A DNA stretch of 64,000 nt from Bdellovibrionales bacterium (GTDB lineage: Bacteria > Bdellovibrionota > Bdellovibrionia > Bdellovibrionales > UBA1609): the NCBI GenBank assembly GCA_965203935.1, contig OZ241921.1, positions 839,354 to 903,353 on the forward strand, given 5' to 3'. Positions 56,755 to 64,000 of this stretch are shown piece by piece. A program made the translations under genes and the position numbers. Position 1 is the first letter of the stretch. Every line of letters starts with the position of its first letter. The notes below the pieces were generated by a model that saw nothing but the letters and a program-made list of their open reading frames with translations, was not told the DNA's origin and did not search any database.

Positions 56755-57279
56755 ATGAAAAACAATATTTTATCTGTGTTTTTTTCTTTATGCGCTTTTT
56801 CTGCAGTTGCAGTAAACAGCGCGCCGGCCTTCGGGCAAAGCGCCTCAGCTGATCTCGAATCCTCAGAAGTAAGATGGGAAGTGTCAAATCTTTTAGATGC
56901 TGTGTCGGGTGTGTGTGAATATCAAAAAATTGATTTATTGCGACAAAATTTGAGAGCGATTAATACTGTTATTGAAGATTACTTTTCTAATCCTTATTTT
57001 TTAGATCCTTCTGCCAAGAAACCGAAGTTGGCTGTTTATTTGAATGATGTAAGGGCGAATATATCTCCTTTCGCGCTTTCCGGCGGCGGGCAGGATCAGA
57101 CTTATGATTTCGTTCGCCTGCACAATCAAGAAGAGGAGTTAAAGAATAATTTTTTGAGGCATTATTACAATTATTTTAATATAAAGGATGGGGGATTTGA
57201 ACTGGGAGTTGATGTAATAATACCGGATGAATGGGCCGTATCCATATACAGAGGCTTAAGCTGTCTGAAAAGTCCTTAA
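56755..57279 (+). CDS. secreted hypothetical protein (174 aa), paralogue of 57718-58356
   Basis: RBS aaaggag. Signal peptide MKNNILSVFFSLCAFSAVAVNSAPA. Its C-terminus (NFLRHYYNYFNI...DEWAVSIYRGLSCLK) aligns with the C-terminus of the next gene (NFLTHYYGYFNI...DEWAVKIYKALTCLK). Confidence 0.5.
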   Translation: MKNNILSVFFSLCAFSAVAVNSAPAFGQSASADLESSEVRWEVSNLLDAVSGVCEYQKIDLLRQNLRAINTVIEDYFSNPYFLDPSAKKPKLAVYLNDVRANISPFALSGGGQDQTYDFVRLHNQEEELKNNFLRHYYNYFNIKDGGFELGVDVIIPDEWAVSIYRGLSCLKSP

Positions 57280-57384
57280 ATACCTATTTCTTATAAGCTT
57301 TTGGAAATATACATGCAGGCAAAAAAGTCTGGTTTTTTGCCTTTTTTTCATAAAAAAATTGCCAAACAGATAAACAAGGTACTA

Positions 57385-57695
57385 TAATCAGTCGGGCGTG
57401 AAAAAGGCCAGCTTGAGTGGTTCTGTATGCTTTAGCCTTAAGCTCATTCGGGACGGAATACCTTGGACCCTCTTCGCTTGGCTTTGCTTGCAGACATAAT
57501 TTAAAGGGCTTCTTCACGGGCTAATAATTAGTCGCCTGTGAAAAAGCTTCATTTTGTCCTGTTAGTGATGTTGGCAGGCAAAGGCTTAAGCGGTGAGTGT
57601 TAAATCGTATTCCGTCACGAACAAGCTTAAGCCTTTGCCTGCTGAAAACTAATAGGTCAGAGGTTTTTCACGCCCGACTAATTAGTGGCCCGTGA
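57385..57695. repeat. mosaic palindromic repeat cluster R9 (two hairpin units, three junctions)
   Basis: Junction, then gccttaagc-[tcattcgggacggaataccttggaccctcttcg]-cttggctttgcttgc. Next is the junction gggctaataattagtcgcctgtgaaaaag, then ggcaggcaaaggcttaagc-[ggtgagtgttaaatcgtattccgtcacgaacaa]-gcttaagcctttgcctgc. The end junction is gtttttcacgcccgactaattagtggcccgtga. Confidence 0.8.
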
Positions 57696-57717
57696 TACAG
57701 TGTTAAATGGAGAAAAT

Positions 57718-58356
57718 ATGCCTGTTACTGTTAGAAAAAGCGCTTTACTTTTGTTTTTTTGTTTTATTTTTTCCGCCGGGGCTAAAGCTCCGCAGGCGGA
57801 CAGGCAAAGCCCGACCGCTGAAAAGGCCGGAAAGGCTGTTAAAGCGGAGTCCCGGGCGGGCGGTAAAAAAAGCACAGCATCAAAAAATCGAAAACCCGGG
57901 GGCACCTTTAAGGGGGATCTGCTAAGTAAGGGTTATTATAAACCGGTAAATTCCGCGGAAGTGCGGGCGCGAATTTTACAACATATATCCGCTGTGGAAC
58001 AGATCTGTAAAAATCCCCTGTCGGCCGGGGAAAAAGCCGGGTTGTTGGTGGAACGGCTGACGCAATTAAACAATGCTATTGATTTTTATCTCAAACAACC
58101 TTATCTGCTGACACCGGATCGTCTGTTTTTACAGCATATAAAAGAAAATATATCGCCTGTAACGCTTTCGTTCGGGCGGGATCGGACTTATGCTTTTGCG
58201 CGAAATCAAGAACTTGACTGGTCAGATAATTTTTTAACGCACTACTATGGGTATTTTAATATAGAAGAAGGCGAAGGCGAAAAACTGACAGCAAAAGGTT
58301 TAAAAGACGAATGGGCTGTAAAAATATACAAAGCTTTAACTTGTCTTAAAATCTGA
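57718..58356 (+). CDS. secreted hypothetical protein (212 aa), paralogue of 56755-57279
   Basis: Start reassigned to the ATG at 57718 (gagaaaatatg). MPVTVRKSALLLFFCFIFSAGAKA is a signal peptide, followed by a Lys/Ala-rich linker. The conserved C-terminal block is shared with the previous gene. Confidence 0.5.
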   Translation: MPVTVRKSALLLFFCFIFSAGAKAPQADRQSPTAEKAGKAVKAESRAGGKKSTASKNRKPGGTFKGDLLSKGYYKPVNSAEVRARILQHISAVEQICKNPLSAGEKAGLLVERLTQLNNAIDFYLKQPYLLTPDRLFLQHIKENISPVTLSFGRDRTYAFARNQELDWSDNFLTHYYGYFNIEEGEGEKLTAKGLKDEWAVKIYKALTCLKI

Positions 58357-58389
58357 ATCCCGCCTCCGGGGATATATCAGGGAAGTATT

Positions 58390-59922
58390 ATGATGGGTAC
58401 TGTGCAGAACTATAAACTTGTGATTTTTTATTGTATAATAACTTTGTTATTTATACATAAGGGTTTTTCCTCTGAAATTCCTTATGAACAATGCGAAGGA
58501 AGAAAAAAAGAATGGACAGATCAAATGGTGGCTTTGGCCGATCAGTTTACGCTTTACCGGTCTCAAAATGATACGGAAGCTCAAGATTGCTCTGATTGTT
58601 CCTCGGCGGGGGCGCATGACAACTCTTATCCTCTTCCGTTGGAGATAAAAGAGCTGAAAGGCGCTGTTCATAAGGCGCGGGATATTCCTCCTGTGTGTTT
58701 TTTTGCGGGCGCGCTCAGGGGAGTGGGTTTATCCACAAAAAAAAACTATAACTGTGAACACCGGGATTCAGTATGGCCGGGCAGATTTGAAGGCAAACGC
58801 AAAAAGAAAACAAGGCCTTGCCTTAACAAAGCTTATATTGACATGACCGCAAAAGCTTTTAACGAAACAGCCGATTGTTTTGGCTTTTCGCCTCAGGAAA
58901 AACAACAAATATTTGCTCTTTTTAACCATGAGTCAAGGTTTATTTTAAACGCCAAAAGTAACAGTAAAGCCCGCTGTTACGGGCAAATAACCATGCCTCT
59001 TATAAAAGACATCAATAAAAATATCTATTACAGAAACAGAGGATTCAAGTTTGGGCATATTTACGAAAATGCCGTTAACAACTGCCCCGGTTTGGAAGAT
59101 AAAGTGGCCCCTCCCAGCATTATCAATCAAAAAGAGCGCAGTCCCAAACGGCTTAAAAGATTGCACAAAAATGCCCCCATTACCTGTAACATGACTCACG
59201 ACCCTTATACCTGCTTATTTTATTCTATGTTCAATGTAAAAATAAACCAAGAATATTTTGATAACCGTTACAGTGATACACCTAATTATATGGGAAGGCG
59301 GGAGCCACCTCCAAAAATGGAAGAAGATTTTTTATTTCCCATTCAGTTAAATGAAATGTTGGTTGTAAAAGGCCGGGTAACAATAGATGGACGGGAAGAG
59401 GAAGTGGAATGGGTCTTTTGGGACACTTCTGAAGCTTACGATGTTTTTAACCGGGTGAAATATAATGTCCAAAATTTGGAGATAAAAAAAACAGCTGTAT
59501 TTGACAAAGAAACATTAAGAAGCGCATTCACGCACTACGCCCATAACGGCGGTAACTCCGCTGTTAAAACACACTTAACAACTTTTATTGAGGAAACAAA
59601 AAGGCAGGTTGCAAGCGGAAAATACTGCTCTAAAAATCCACAATGCCAAACAAGAAGAGACGCCCTCATCAAAGGCAGGGCCTTGAGCGCGAGTGACTTA
59701 CAGGATTTATTTAGCGGTTATGTGCGTCGAAATAGAAGAAACTTTAACAACCCACAGGAGGTTTCAAAGTTTTCGCATAAAATTGCATCAGATATGAATT
59801 TTATTCATGATATTAAATCTGCCGAAAGACCTGACATTATGAATCAATTCAATCTGACTGATACATTTCAACAAGAGGTAAACGGCAAATGTCCCAAGGT
59901 AAAAGACATATACCCATATTAA
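58390..59922 (+). CDS. hypothetical exported Cys-rich protein (510 aa)
   Basis: N-terminal hydrophobic segment LVIFYCIITLLFIHKGFS. About 20 Cys residues. No recognisable domain. Confidence 0.45.
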   Translation: MMGTVQNYKLVIFYCIITLLFIHKGFSSEIPYEQCEGRKKEWTDQMVALADQFTLYRSQNDTEAQDCSDCSSAGAHDNSYPLPLEIKELKGAVHKARDIPPVCFFAGALRGVGLSTKKNYNCEHRDSVWPGRFEGKRKKKTRPCLNKAYIDMTAKAFNETADCFGFSPQEKQQIFALFNHESRFILNAKSNSKARCYGQITMPLIKDINKNIYYRNRGFKFGHIYENAVNNCPGLEDKVAPPSIINQKERSPKRLKRLHKNAPITCNMTHDPYTCLFYSMFNVKINQEYFDNRYSDTPNYMGRREPPPKMEEDFLFPIQLNEMLVVKGRVTIDGREEEVEWVFWDTSEAYDVFNRVKYNVQNLEIKKTAVFDKETLRSAFTHYAHNGGNSAVKTHLTTFIEETKRQVASGKYCSKNPQCQTRRDALIKGRALSASDLQDLFSGYVRRNRRNFNNPQEVSKFSHKIASDMNFIHDIKSAERPDIMNQFNLTDTFQQEVNGKCPKVKDIYPY

Positions 59923-59935
59923 AAAAAAGTGTGAT

Positions 59936-60808
59936 ATGATTTTTGTAAATCCTGATATAAACAAAAAACGGCAAAAGTTCAGAAAAGACCTTAAAAGCGG
60001 GAAAACTCTTCGCTTTGTGGGGTCTTTTTCCCCCTTGGTTTCCCGCTTAGTGGAAAGAACAGGCTTTGAGGGGATTTATGTGTCCGGCGCCGTGCTTTCC
60101 AGTGATTTGGCTTTGCCGGATCTGGAGCTGATGACCCTTTCAGAGTTAAGCGGGCGGGGGGGCTTATTATCGGGGGCCTGCGCGCTTCCCGCTTTAGCGG
60201 ACGCAGACACCGGCTTTGGAGGGGCTTTGAACATCGCCCGCACAGTGCAAACATTAGAGCGGGCCGGGTTTTGCGGACTGCACTTGGAAGATCAACAAAG
60301 CCCCAAAAGGTGCGGTCATTTAAACAATAAAAAACTTGTTGATCTTAAACAAATGCAGAAAAAAATTGAAACCGCCCTTAAAGCAAGATCTGACAAGTCC
60401 TTTTTGATCATCGCCCGCACAGACAGCCGGGGGGTGGAGGGTTTAAGCAAGGCTGTTGAGAGGGCAAAAGCTTATATATCCGCCGGTGCGGAGGCGATTT
60501 TTCCCGAAGCTTTGGAAACAAGAGAAGAGTTTGAAACATTTAGGGGGCAGGTGAGGGATGTTCCGCTGATAGCCAATATGACTGAATTTGGAAAGTCAGA
60601 ACTGCTTTCTTTTAAAACTTTGGAGAGCATGGGTTTTAATATTGTGCTTTATCCTGTAACTGTTTGGAGGCTGGCCCTGAAAGCCGTGGAGAAAGGGTTA
60701 AAACATATCGCCTCTGAAGGGCATCAAAAAGATCTGCTGAAGGATATGTTTACGAGAGATGAGCTTTATGATTTGCTGGATTATGACGAATATTCAAAAT
60801 GGGACTAA
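59936..60808 (+). CDS. prpB: 2-methylisocitrate lyase (PEP mutase/isocitrate lyase superfamily)
   Basis: Closely matches the E. coli PrpB pattern: ALPDLE versus GLPDLG, ADADTGFG, NIARTVQ, EDQQSPKRCGH (the KRCGH catalytic motif), IIARTDS, ANMTEFG, VLYPVTVWRL and TRDELYDLLDY. Confidence 0.9.
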   Translation: MIFVNPDINKKRQKFRKDLKSGKTLRFVGSFSPLVSRLVERTGFEGIYVSGAVLSSDLALPDLELMTLSELSGRGGLLSGACALPALADADTGFGGALNIARTVQTLERAGFCGLHLEDQQSPKRCGHLNNKKLVDLKQMQKKIETALKARSDKSFLIIARTDSRGVEGLSKAVERAKAYISAGAEAIFPEALETREEFETFRGQVRDVPLIANMTEFGKSELLSFKTLESMGFNIVLYPVTVWRLALKAVEKGLKHIASEGHQKDLLKDMFTRDELYDLLDYDEYSKWD

Positions 60809-60978
60809 AGAGAGGCATGTGAAAAACCCCTGTAAATTATGTCTCAAAAGCAAAGCCAAGCGGTGAGGGTCCAAGTGTAAAACTGAAAGCCCTATACTTA
60901 GGGCTTCCAGCCCGAACAAGCTTGGACTTTGCTTGCAGACCAGCAGTTTAGTAACCTTTTTCACGGAGGACTAAAGAG
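60805..60978. repeat. mosaic palindromic repeat cluster R10
   Basis: A degenerate junction is followed by tctcaaaagcaaagccaagc-[ggtgagggtccaag tgtaaaa ctgaaagccctatacttagggcttccag cccgaacaa]-gcttggactttgcttgcagac. It ends cagcagtttagtaacctttttcacggaggactaaag. Confidence 0.75.
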
Positions 60979-61051
60979 AATTAAAAAGGCTTGACAGCGA
61001 ACCGGCAAATTTCTTCATAATATATAAAGATTATCAGGAGGCCCTAACTTT

Positions 61052-62173
61052 ATGAAAGCCAAAAAAGGTTTGGAAGGCATTATCGCGGACGAAAGCGCCG
61101 TCTCAAAAGTGATACCTGAAAAAAGCTCTCTTATTTACAGGGGTTACTCTGCTGAGGCTTTGGCCCGGCAGTCCTCCTTTTTGGCGGTGGTGTATCTTTT
61201 ATGGAAGGGGGAGCTTCCCTCCCGCGGGGCCTTGGAGACTTTTTCCGCTCAGGAAAAGCAAGCCAGAAAGACCGATGACCGTATTTTAAAAACGATAAAA
61301 GAATGTGCCAAGGGCCACCCTATGGATGTGCTGAGGACCGCTGTTTCAATGGCCGGTGCCTTAGACAGCTCCCCTTGGGACGAAAGCGAAGAAGTTTTGG
61401 AGAAAAAGGCCCTTAACCTGCTGGCCAATATCCCGTTTTGGATTTCCGCTCATAACCGCTACAGAAAAAACCTGCCCTTGATCCGGCACAGCCCGGACAA
61501 ATCTTTTGTAGAAAACTTTTTTCAAACTTTTTTTGGAAAAATACCTCAAAAAGAGGTGGTGTCCGCTTTTTCCTCCTCTATGGTTCTTTATGCGGAGCAC
61601 GGCTTTAACGCCTCCACCTTTACCGCGCGGGTTATTACCTCCACCACTTCTGATATTTATTCCGCTGTGGCGGGGGCTATAGGCTCTTTAAAAGGCCCTT
61701 TGCACGGGGGAGCCAACGAGCAGGTTATGTATATGATGAAAGAAATAGGCGATCCGGAAAAAGCCCAAGAATGGATACTAAAAGCCTTAAAGGAAAAAAG
61801 AAAAATCATGGGTTTTGGCCACCGGGTTTACAAAAAAGGCGATTCCCGTGTTCCGCAAATGCGTGCCTGCGCCGAAACAATGGCAAAAGTCACAAACAAC
61901 AGCAAATGGATGAAAATATACAGCATACTTGAAGATACCATATTAAAGGAAAAGGGCATTTATCCCAACTTGGATTTTCCGGCCGGGCCGGCTTATTATA
62001 TGATGGGCTTTGATATTGATATGTTTACTCCCTTGTTTGTGATGAGCCGTATTTCAGGATGGACCGCTCATATTATGGAGCAGAAAAAAAACAACCGCAT
62101 CATACGCCCTTTATGTGAATACACCGGCCCGGTAAATAAGCCTGTTCCGCCGGATGGCTTATTGTCGCCGTAA
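61052..62173 (+). CDS. prpC: 2-methylcitrate synthase / citrate synthase family
   Basis: Citrate synthase signature GFGHRVYKKGDSRVPQMR. The 373-aa length is the PrpC size class. It is adjacent to prpB. Confidence 0.78.
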   Translation: MKAKKGLEGIIADESAVSKVIPEKSSLIYRGYSAEALARQSSFLAVVYLLWKGELPSRGALETFSAQEKQARKTDDRILKTIKECAKGHPMDVLRTAVSMAGALDSSPWDESEEVLEKKALNLLANIPFWISAHNRYRKNLPLIRHSPDKSFVENFFQTFFGKIPQKEVVSAFSSSMVLYAEHGFNASTFTARVITSTTSDIYSAVAGAIGSLKGPLHGGANEQVMYMMKEIGDPEKAQEWILKALKEKRKIMGFGHRVYKKGDSRVPQMRACAETMAKVTNNSKWMKIYSILEDTILKEKGIYPNLDFPAGPAYYMMGFDIDMFTPLFVMSRISGWTAHIMEQKKNNRIIRPLCEYTGPVNKPVPPDGLLSP

Positions 62174-62183
62174 GGAGTCACAT

Positions 62184-62335
62184 CGAATTAGTCGTTCGTG
62201 AAAAAGGCTGGCTTTCATAATTGGCATAAGCAAAACCCCGCCTTGTTCGGGACGGAATACCTTGGACCCTCACCGCCGGAGTTTTGCTTATGCCACAAAT
62301 AACAAGGGTTTTTTACGGACCGCGAATTAGTCACG
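62184..62335. repeat. mosaic palindromic repeat cluster R11
   Basis: The junction cgaattagtcgttcgtgaaaaagg is followed by gcataagcaaaaccccgcc-[ttgttcgggacggaataccttggaccctcaccg]-ccggagttttgcttatgc. It ends ...ggttttttacggaccgcgaattagtc. Confidence 0.8.
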
Positions 62336-62379
62336 ATCAGAGAAGTCAGCCGCGTCGAATTAGCTCCCCCCTTGGGGGG

Positions 62380-62402
62380 GTGGATGGGGTGGCAGGATTC
62401 GC
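62380..62402 (-). repeat. partial direct repeat of the tRNA-Gln 3' end (about 21-23 bp)
   Basis: ggtggatggggtggcaggattcg repeats 62566-62588 (CCA + acceptor 3' strand + T-arm half) in the same orientation. It is preceded by the GC hairpin agctccccccttggggggg, which is also seen at 32698. Confidence 0.6.
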
Positions 62403-62567
62403 CTGCTATGTTCGTTCGCGTCCGGCTCACTCACGGCGCAGGCCCCCCTCAGTCGCTCATAAAATCATCCAGATTTTATGCCCCGTGCTAACTGCTCCCA
62501 ATAGGTCGCAGTCATCACGGGTCGCTCCTTCGCTTCGAATCCTGCCGGGATTTTTTGTTAGAAAAAA

Positions 62568-62642
62568 TGGATGGGGTGGCAGGATTCGAACCTGCGAATG
62601 ACAGAACCAAAATCTGTTGGCTTACCACTTGCCGACACCCCA
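62568..62642 (-). tRNA. tRNA-Gln (anticodon UUG), CCA encoded
   Basis: The reverse complement gives tggggtg tc ggc aagtggtaa gcc a acaga ttttggt tctgt cattc gcagg ttcgaat cctgc cacccca t cca. It has a U1:A72 first pair (bacterial tRNA-Gln hallmark), UUG at anticodon positions 34-36 and a TTCGAAT T-loop. The D-stem is short (3 bp), so confidence is moderate. Confidence 0.72.
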
Positions 62643-62687
62643 TTTAAGATAAAAAATATCCGGTATTTTAAGAAAAAAATCAATACT

Positions 62688-63023
62688 TTAATCTTTATTG
62701 TCTTCCGGCTCTTTTGCCTGAGGAGGATTCAGCATGTTGATGCTTTCTTTGTCCGCTTTAAAACCTTTCAGGGTGGATTCATATTCCGCAAAAACCGCGT
62801 TTTGAATCATAGATCTGGTTTGCCGGTTCAAGGGGTGGGCAATATCCCGAAAAGCGCTTTGATTTTTGTGCCTTTTGCTGGGCATGGAGACAAACAGCTT
62901 ATCGTCTGTTCGTATGATTTTCAGGTCATGGACCACAAAACAGTCATCAAAAATGATGCTGGCGTAGGCTTTCAGGCGGTCCTCACCTGGCACGACAGTT
63001 ATTTTGACTGATGTTACTTTCAT
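62688..63023 (-). CDS. spoVG: SpoVG family protein
   Basis: Start reassigned to M12 (ATG at 63023). MKVTSVKITVVPGEDRLKAYASIIFDDCFVVHDLKIIRTDDKLFVSMPSKRHKNQSAFRDIAHPLNRQTRSMIQNAV matches the SpoVG pattern (MKVTDVRLRK...[32 protein letters not shown]...EFRDIAHPIN...R..IQ.AV). Confidence 0.85.
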   Translation of the reverse strand: MKVTSVKITVVPGEDRLKAYASIIFDDCFVVHDLKIIRTDDKLFVSMPSKRHKNQSAFRDIAHPLNRQTRSMIQNAVFAEYESTLKGFKADKESINMLNPPQAKEPEDNKD

Positions 63024-63216
63024 TTTGCTTCCAAGAAGAGTCTCATTTTGAGACATTTTTTTTACAGCTCCTCATTTATGCTTATCGAAATAAAAAAAGA
63101 AAAAATTTAATTTATCCCAAAAATTTTGACTGAATCAGCCAAAAAAAGGGGCTTTTTTTATTTGTGTTCAGGGCTTATTATGCAGTGTATAAAAATAGAT
63201 CCTGCTCCAGAGCACA

Positions 63217-63531
63217 ATAATTAGTGGAGCGTGAAAAAGGCTTCCAAGTGTATTGTCTGCAAGCAAAGTCCAAGCTCATTCGGGACGGAATACCTTGGAC
63301 CCTCTTCGCTTGGCTTTGCTTGCAGACATAATTTAAAGGGCTTCTTCACGGACGACTAATTAGTGGCCTGTGAAAAAATGCCCCTTAAGCATTTTTGTCC
63401 AAAGTCCGTGCTGTGAGAGTCCAAGGTACTCCGTCTCGAAACAGTGCGGACTTTGGACAAAAACAGCTAAAGAGCAAGGGTTGTTCACGAGCTACTAATT
63501 AGTGGCCTTTTTCACGCCCGACTAATTAGGC
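63217..63531. repeat. mosaic palindromic repeat cluster R12 (two hairpin units, conserved loop in opposite orientations, four junctions)
   Basis: A junction is followed by tgcaagcaaagtccaagc-[tcattcgggacggaataccttggaccctcttcg]-cttggctttgcttgc and the junction cttcttcacggacgactaattagtggcctgtgaaaaaatg. The next unit is ttgtccaaagtccgtgc-[tgtgagagtccaaggtactccgtctcgaaacag]-tgcggactttggacaa. It ends with a double junction ttgttcacgagctactaattagtggcctttttcacgcccgactaattagg. Confidence 0.8.
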
Positions 63532-63595
63532 GGGGAATATTGCTTTTTTTGTGGATTTGGAGCAAGAGTAAACAATCTAAGCAGGTGAGGGGTTA

Positions 63596-64000
63596 ATGGC
63601 GCTGAGTCTTTATTCCATTAAGGATTTTGATCTGAGGGATCAAAAAGTGTTTATCCGCACAGACTTTAATATTCCTGTTGAAAACGGGCAGGTGGAGGAT
63701 CATATCCGCCTTCAGTCGGCCCTTCCCACCATTCGGCACGCCTTGGAAAATCAGGCCAAGGTGATTATCGCAAGTCACAGGGGTAAACCTGAACCACACA
63801 ATAAAAAGGAGTTCAGTTTAGAGCCTTTTGGCTACCACTTAAGCCGACACTTAAACTGTGAAACCCTGTTTATTGAGGAAATTGAAAAAGCTGTTCCCTC
63901 TTTTTTGCTGTCTTCCCTAAATGCGAAAAAAATTATTTTGCTCGAAAACCTGCGCTTTAACCCGGCAGAGGAAAAAGGGGATACTGACTGGTCTGAGACC
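63596..64000 (+). CDS. pgk: phosphoglycerate kinase (5' part; continues past window end)
   Basis: The ATG at 63596 follows the RBS ggtgagggg. DLRDQKVFIRTDFNIPVENGQVEDHIRLQSALPTIRHALENQAKVIIASHRGKP matches the PGK N-terminal pattern (L.gKrVlvRvDfNVP...g.itdd.RI.aalPTI.....gAkvil.SHlGRP), and LLENLRFNPAEEK matches LLENLRFh.eEEkN. There is no stop before position 64000. Confidence 0.85.
   Translation, partial: MALSLYSIKDFDLRDQKVFIRTDFNIPVENGQVEDHIRLQSALPTIRHALENQAKVIIASHRGKPEPHNKKEFSLEPFGYHLSRHLNCETLFIEEIEKAVPSFLLSSLNAKKIILLENLRFNPAEEKGDTDWSET

Noticed and set aside
59936-62173. Calling 61052-62173 a housekeeping citrate synthase (gltA)
   Set aside because: Its adjacency to a clear prpB, and its 373-aa length, favour 2-methylcitrate synthase (prpC). 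It is retained as prpC with moderate confidence rather than gltA.

Overview
This is a 64-kb bacterial chromosomal segment of roughly 40% GC, in which conserved housekeeping genes sit in a mosaic with accessory and repeat-rich DNA. Clear core genes are clpP-clpX-lon, mutL, speE, grxB, nusB, a ppsR-like gene, a DAACS symporter, hisS, sodB, tRNA-Val(GAC), rpsN, a flavodoxin-like FMN reductase, a DUF4143-type AAA ATPase, prpB-prpC, tRNA-Gln(UUG), spoVG and the 5' part of pgk. The accessory content is as follows. (1) A HEPN-like DUF4145 protein lies next to an 850-aa SF2 helicase with a PD-(D/E)xK tail, resembling a Type III Res, with no adjacent methyltransferase. (2) A family of large secreted proteins carrying C-terminal ankyrin repeats has three paralogues; two lie in a ~3.4-kb tandem segmental duplication that also carries decayed 3' ends of the DUF4145 and helicase genes. 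(3) Two tandem copies of an ~1.95-kb IS4/IS1634-family insertion sequence are present; copy 2 is flanked by a 172-bp direct repeat that duplicates the RBS and first 17 codons of the downstream gene. (4) A ~1.9-kb islet lies beside tRNA-Val, bounded by a 29-bp direct repeat of the tRNA 3' end. It contains a 13-bp minisatellite, a solo IS end and a small cassette resembling a restriction-modification system. (5) Twelve intergenic clusters of a mosaic palindromic repeat family are present. Units are bounded by a ~36-bp palindromic junction (consensus tttttcacgcccgactaattagtcgggcgtgaaaaa) and carry long hairpins with a conserved ~30-nt loop, co-varying stems and nested sub-elements. (6) Several eukaryote-like domains occur: ankyrin x3, an LRR lipoprotein, a TPR regulator, and an S-adenosylmethionine decarboxylase of clearly eukaryotic type next to speE. 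Together with many signal-peptide proteins, this suggests a host-associated or intracellular lifestyle (inference). No rRNA genes or CRISPR array were seen. Taxonomic signals are mixed (grxB, ppsR, prpBC and clpP-clpX-lon look proteobacterial, while spoVG is unusual for gammaproteobacteria), so no organism is assigned.
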